DNA of 32,000 nucleotides, taken from positions 1,530,001 through 1,562,000 of the forward strand of contig NZ_CP047931.1 of the NCBI RefSeq assembly GCF_014280175.1, given 5' to 3'. This DNA comes from Synechococcus sp. A15-28. Its GTDB lineage: Bacteria; Cyanobacteriota; Cyanobacteriia; PCC-6307; Cyanobiaceae. The notes under the pieces were generated by a model. The model had not been told where the DNA came from and searched no databases. It saw only the letters and a program-made list of their open reading frames with translations. Shown here in pieces: positions 28,928 to 32,000 of this stretch. Made by a program: the position numbers and the translations under genes. Position 1 is the stretch's first letter, and the number at the start of each line of letters is the position of its first letter.

Positions 28928-30433
28928 ATGATCCGTCCCCGTTGGCAAGGACTGTCCCGCTCTCCCCGTTGGAGCTCCTGGCGCCGATGGGACCAGGTCA
29001 TCGCCCTGCTGGCCGCCATGAACCTGGCCTGGGTGATCTTCGATGTCTCCTATATCCCCCTTAGGAACTTCTGGCTGCAACGAAATCTCTACCCGCTGCC
29101 CACGCTGCCGCTGGTGGTTCCACTGCCTTGGCTGCCCAACATCACCCCGGTCTATGACCGGATCAAAGGCATCGAACCGCACCGCGACACCCAGCGGTAT
29201 CTCGAACAGTTTCAACAGCTGGATCAAGCCCTCAGCAGCGACGTTCCGTCCACAGCAGACGTGCAACAGCTCCTGGAGCGTCAACGCCTGCTCACGTTGC
29301 GGATGTTGGAGACCAATCCCTTTCAGAGTTCCGGCAACACGGGCGCACTGGAGAAAATCAAGAGTCGGCTGCGAGCCCATGCAGGCTTGGAATCCGCCCG
29401 CCAATCGACGATTCTGCTGCTGAATCCAGCTCACATCAGTGGGCTCGACTGGAGCCAGGAACGACAGTTCTGGACGAGGCAGATCCTGCCGCTGGTGGAG
29501 ATCAACTACTGGCGAAGCCTTGACGACAGCGGCCAGCTCACCGATCTCAGCTGGAGGATCGACACCCCGTTTCAGCTGCTGTTCCTTCTGGACATCCTGC
29601 TGCGGGCTCTGCGGCTGAAACGTCGTTACCCCGCCATTCGCTGGCGGGATGCCTTGCTGCGTCGCTGGATTGACCTGCCTCTGCTGATTCCCTTCTGGCG
29701 ACTGCTGCGGATCGTTCCGGTAACAGAACGTTGTTCCGTGTCTGGACTGATCCAGCTGGAGCCCCTTAGAGCTGTCATCAGTCGCGGCGTTGTGGCGATC
29801 CTCGCTCTGGAGCTGTTTGAGGTGATCACCATTCGCGTGGTGGATGCCCTGCAGCAGATCATCCGATCACCCCACTTGCCGCATCGGATCCGCGGATTTT
29901 GCACCTACCAGACCACAGACCAGAACGACCAGCGAGAACTGCTGGAGCTGTTGAGACTGTGGGTGCCCTTGATGCTCACCCGCGTGGGGCCATCGCTGCG
30001 GCCTCAGCTCGTGGCCCTGCTGAGCCATGTGCTTCAACAAAGCATGAGCAGCCGGATCAGACCTGACTCACTTCAACGGCTCCCGGGTCTGGTGAAAGCG
30101 GAATCCGAGCTCAGCCGGCAGCTGGCCAGCGGAGTGGTTGATTCTTTCCTGGATCTATCCAGAACCACCGGCAGCCGGCTGGGCCAGCGTGATCAGACCC
30201 TGAATCAACTCGGCACCGACGCGCTGGACCGGTTCTGGGAAGAGCTGGCCAGGGTGTTGGATGACGGAACCGTGCTGGAGCGAAGCCAGACGCTGCTGGC
30301 ATCTTTTCTGGAGGATCTCAAGCGCTCCAGCTTCCGTCAGCTGCGTGACCAGGGGGGAGTGGATGACTTGATCAACGAACTCGACGGACTGAATTTCAGC
30401 CCTTCAACTGGTTCTGCCAGACCTCAGGCTTGA
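28928..30433 (+). CDS. Conserved-looking membrane protein of unknown function
   Basis: 501-aa uninterrupted ORF with hydrophobic segments (VIALLAAMNLAWVIFDVSYI; FQLLFLLDILLRAL; GVVAILALELFEVI) and no longer alternative ORF. Confidence 0.8.
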   Translation: MIRPRWQGLSRSPRWSSWRRWDQVIALLAAMNLAWVIFDVSYIPLRNFWLQRNLYPLPTLPLVVPLPWLPNITPVYDRIKGIEPHRDTQRYLEQFQQLDQALSSDVPSTADVQQLLERQRLLTLRMLETNPFQSSGNTGALEKIKSRLRAHAGLESARQSTILLLNPAHISGLDWSQERQFWTRQILPLVEINYWRSLDDSGQLTDLSWRIDTPFQLLFLLDILLRALRLKRRYPAIRWRDALLRRWIDLPLLIPFWRLLRIVPVTERCSVSGLIQLEPLRAVISRGVVAILALELFEVITIRVVDALQQIIRSPHLPHRIRGFCTYQTTDQNDQRELLELLRLWVPLMLTRVGPSLRPQLVALLSHVLQQSMSSRIRPDSLQRLPGLVKAESELSRQLASGVVDSFLDLSRTTGSRLGQRDQTLNQLGTDALDRFWEELARVLDDGTVLERSQTLLASFLEDLKRSSFRQLRDQGGVDDLINELDGLNFSPSTGSARPQA

Positions 30434-30749
30434 AGCCGACGAGCACCTGCCCCTCTGATGTCACCACAAACGGTCGCTTGATCAAACGGCCGTCTGCGGC
30501 CAAGGCATCGAGAGCTTCGTCATCGCTCATCGCCTTGACCACTGCTGCCCCGAGGGCCCGGTAACTCTGACCGCTGGTATTGAACAGGGGTCGGCGTCCT
30601 TCGAACTGTTCCATCGCTGCTGCGAGCAAAGAACGAGACGGTGGATCAGCCGTGATATCGATCACGACATGGTCGATGTCGTTCTCCTTGAGCCAGGACA
30701 GCGCTTTCCTGCAGGTGCTGCAGCGGCTGTAGCTGTAGGCCTGAAGCAT
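30396..30749 (-). CDS. Spx/MgsR (ArsC-like) family protein
   Basis: 117 aa. YSYSRCSTCRKALSWLKENDID (CxxC), then LFNTSGQSYRALG and DGRLIKRPFVV. Confidence 0.9.
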   Translation of the reverse strand: MLQAYSYSRCSTCRKALSWLKENDIDHVVIDITADPPSRSLLAAAMEQFEGRRPLFNTSGQSYRALGAAVVKAMSDDEALDALAADGRLIKRPFVVTSEGQVLVGFKPEVWQNQLKG

Positions 30750-30760
30750 TCCTGCAGGGA

Positions 30761-31120
30761 TCAGCGACCGAAGAGAGATTTGATCGCGCCGATCAGGCTG
30801 TTGGAACCTTTGCCGACACCCTCTGCAGGACGTGTGCGAACGGTTACGTCCCCGTTCACCGTGGTCCTGCAGCTGAGACGGAAACTGGCAGGACGATCAG
30901 CCAGATAAATCTCTTCCACATCGCTGCGGGGAGAGAGGTTGGACTGTCCTTCCACCACTTCCATCACGCAGGTTCCGCACTGGCCGACGCCACTGCAGTT
31001 GTTGAGGTTGTTGACACCGTTGTATGGGTTGATCCCGGCATCGAGGGCCGCCTTGCGGAGGTTCGCGCCTTCAATGCATCCAACCTGCTGGCCTTCCTGC
31101 TCGAATCGGATGGTGGGCAC
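30761..31120 (-). CDS. 2Fe-2S ferredoxin family protein
   Basis: 119 aa. NCSGVGQCGTCVMEVVEG...RLSCRTTVNGDVTV supplies the Cys ligands. GTG start. Confidence 0.88.
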   Translation of the reverse strand: MPTIRFEQEGQQVGCIEGANLRKAALDAGINPYNGVNNLNNCSGVGQCGTCVMEVVEGQSNLSPRSDVEEIYLADRPASFRLSCRTTVNGDVTVRTRPAEGVGKGSNSLIGAIKSLFGR

Positions 31121-31191
31121 GGGTCGTACGGAATCTCAAGTGCGCACCAACCTACAAGCATCCGACCATGGATCTGCCGGTGGGCTGAGAA

Positions 31192-31701
31192 TCAATTGGC
31201 CGCTCGGATGCACTGGTCGAGAAGTGGAGGGACGGCATCCGCATCTCTCCAGCCGCTGACTGCAATGGAACGCCCTTCAAAACTTCGGTAAGTCCGGAAA
31301 AACTCAGCAACCTCCTCCAGTTGAGAAGGCGCAATTTGACGAATGCTGTGGATGTCCCGCTGACCAGGGTCTGCCTCAGGAACGCAGAGCAGCTTCGCGT
31401 CGTCGACGTTGTCTTCTCTGAGGTCGAGCAGACCAATGGGACGTGCACGAAGCAAACAGCCGGCGAACGTGGGCTCGGCCATGATCACCATCGCGTCCAA
31501 GGGAGCTCCGTCAGGAGCCAGGGTGTTGGGAACGATCCCGTAGTCGAAGGGGTAACGGATCGAGGAATGGAGAACCCGATCCAGACGCATGACTCCAGAG
31601 GAGTGGGAATAGCTGTATTTATTGCGGCTTCCAGCGGGAATCTCCACCAGAAGGTTGATCAGGCCTGAAGACGGTGAGGGGGACAGGCGGCTGAGATCCA
31701 T
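31192..31701 (-). CDS. ppa: Inorganic pyrophosphatase (family I)
   Basis: 169 aa. VEIPAGSRNKYSYSHSSGVMRLDRVLHSSIRYPFDYGIVPNT and DGAPLDAMVIM. Confidence 0.95.
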   Translation of the reverse strand: MDLSRLSPSPSSGLINLLVEIPAGSRNKYSYSHSSGVMRLDRVLHSSIRYPFDYGIVPNTLAPDGAPLDAMVIMAEPTFAGCLLRARPIGLLDLREDNVDDAKLLCVPEADPGQRDIHSIRQIAPSQLEEVAEFFRTYRSFEGRSIAVSGWRDADAVPPLLDQCIRAAN

Positions 31702-31915
31702 TGCGATCGAGGGCAGTTGGTATCAGCCGCGAGGGCAGCGGTCCACGGTCTGAGATCACAGCAAGCATCGGAGCTGTGACGCTGAGAAGAGCGATCGTCA
31801 GGCCGGCAAGAGCGAGGGACGGTGAACCCGGACTGAATGGTTCTTCTTGCTCGTCGTGGGACGACGCTTCGTTTTGAGACGACTGGGCTGGGTCTGAAGC
31901 CATGGCCTGGAACAC
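31619..31915 (-). CDS. Hypothetical small protein with one TM segment, overlapping the 5' end of ppa
   Basis: 98-aa ORF with an acidic N-terminus and SLALAGLTIALLSVTAPMLAVI. 83-nt overlap with ppa. Confidence 0.45.
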   Translation of the reverse strand: MFQAMASDPAQSSQNEASSHDEQEEPFSPGSPSLALAGLTIALLSVTAPMLAVISDRGPLPSRLIPTALDRNGSQPPVPLTVFRPDQPSGGDSRWKPQ

Positions 31916-32000
31916 GCTCGGGCGCGCTCGCTTCCATTCACAAACAACAGATCGATTCTGTCACTGATCCTGGCCTCACGCAGCGGGCCTGTCCTGCCGG

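Noticed and set aside
28852-29019. Extended N-terminus of lepB in the track
   Set aside because: It would overlap the divergent membrane-protein gene and adds non-homologous residues before the normal signal peptidase I start region.
1-32000. tRNA/rRNA genes, CRISPR arrays, transposases, toxin-antitoxin or restriction systems
   Set aside because: Intergenic gaps are short and I recognised no cloverleaf, repeat-spacer pattern or relevant protein families. A tool scan (tRNAscan-SE, CRISPRCasFinder, DefenseFinder) would be needed to exclude weak cases.
31930-32000. Possible start or end of another gene at the right edge
   Set aside because: Too little sequence to assign a frame or family.

Overview
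Gene-dense, GC-rich chromosomal window that looks like a marine picocyanobacterium (Synechococcus-type), judged from the ado/aar pair, a ferrochelatase with a CAB-like tail, Tab2-like and geranylgeranyl-reductase-like proteins, and the synteny. About 34 protein-coding genes are supportable. From left to right: accA (partial), aar, ado, creatininase-like, rps1b-like, Tab2-like, pgeF-like, FAD oxidoreductase, periplasmic-binding-like, small membrane protein, SNase-like, ilvB, M23 peptidase, hemH, tyrosine recombinase, methyltransferase, cobO/btuR, small ORF, pyrH, frr, GGR-like, photolyase/cryptochrome, cNMP-binding, transaldolase plus EF-hands, FtsL-like candidate, ftsI, CPBP protease, double histidine phosphatase, dihydroorotase-like, lepB, large membrane protein of unknown function, Spx/ArsC-like, 2Fe-2S ferredoxin, ppa, small membrane ORF. 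I found no tRNA, rRNA, CRISPR, prophage, transposon or obvious defence island. This is mostly core-genome DNA and I do not see a clearly new multi-gene system. The most checkable oddities are: a zinc-ribbon-like tail on acetolactate synthase; paired EF-hands on transaldolase; a chromosomal integrase-like recombinase with an altered catalytic box, coupled to methyltransferase and cobO; a candidate FtsL overlapping ftsI; a G10/C10 homopolymer at the photolyase start; and apparent pseudoenzymes (dihydroorotase-like, SNase-like).
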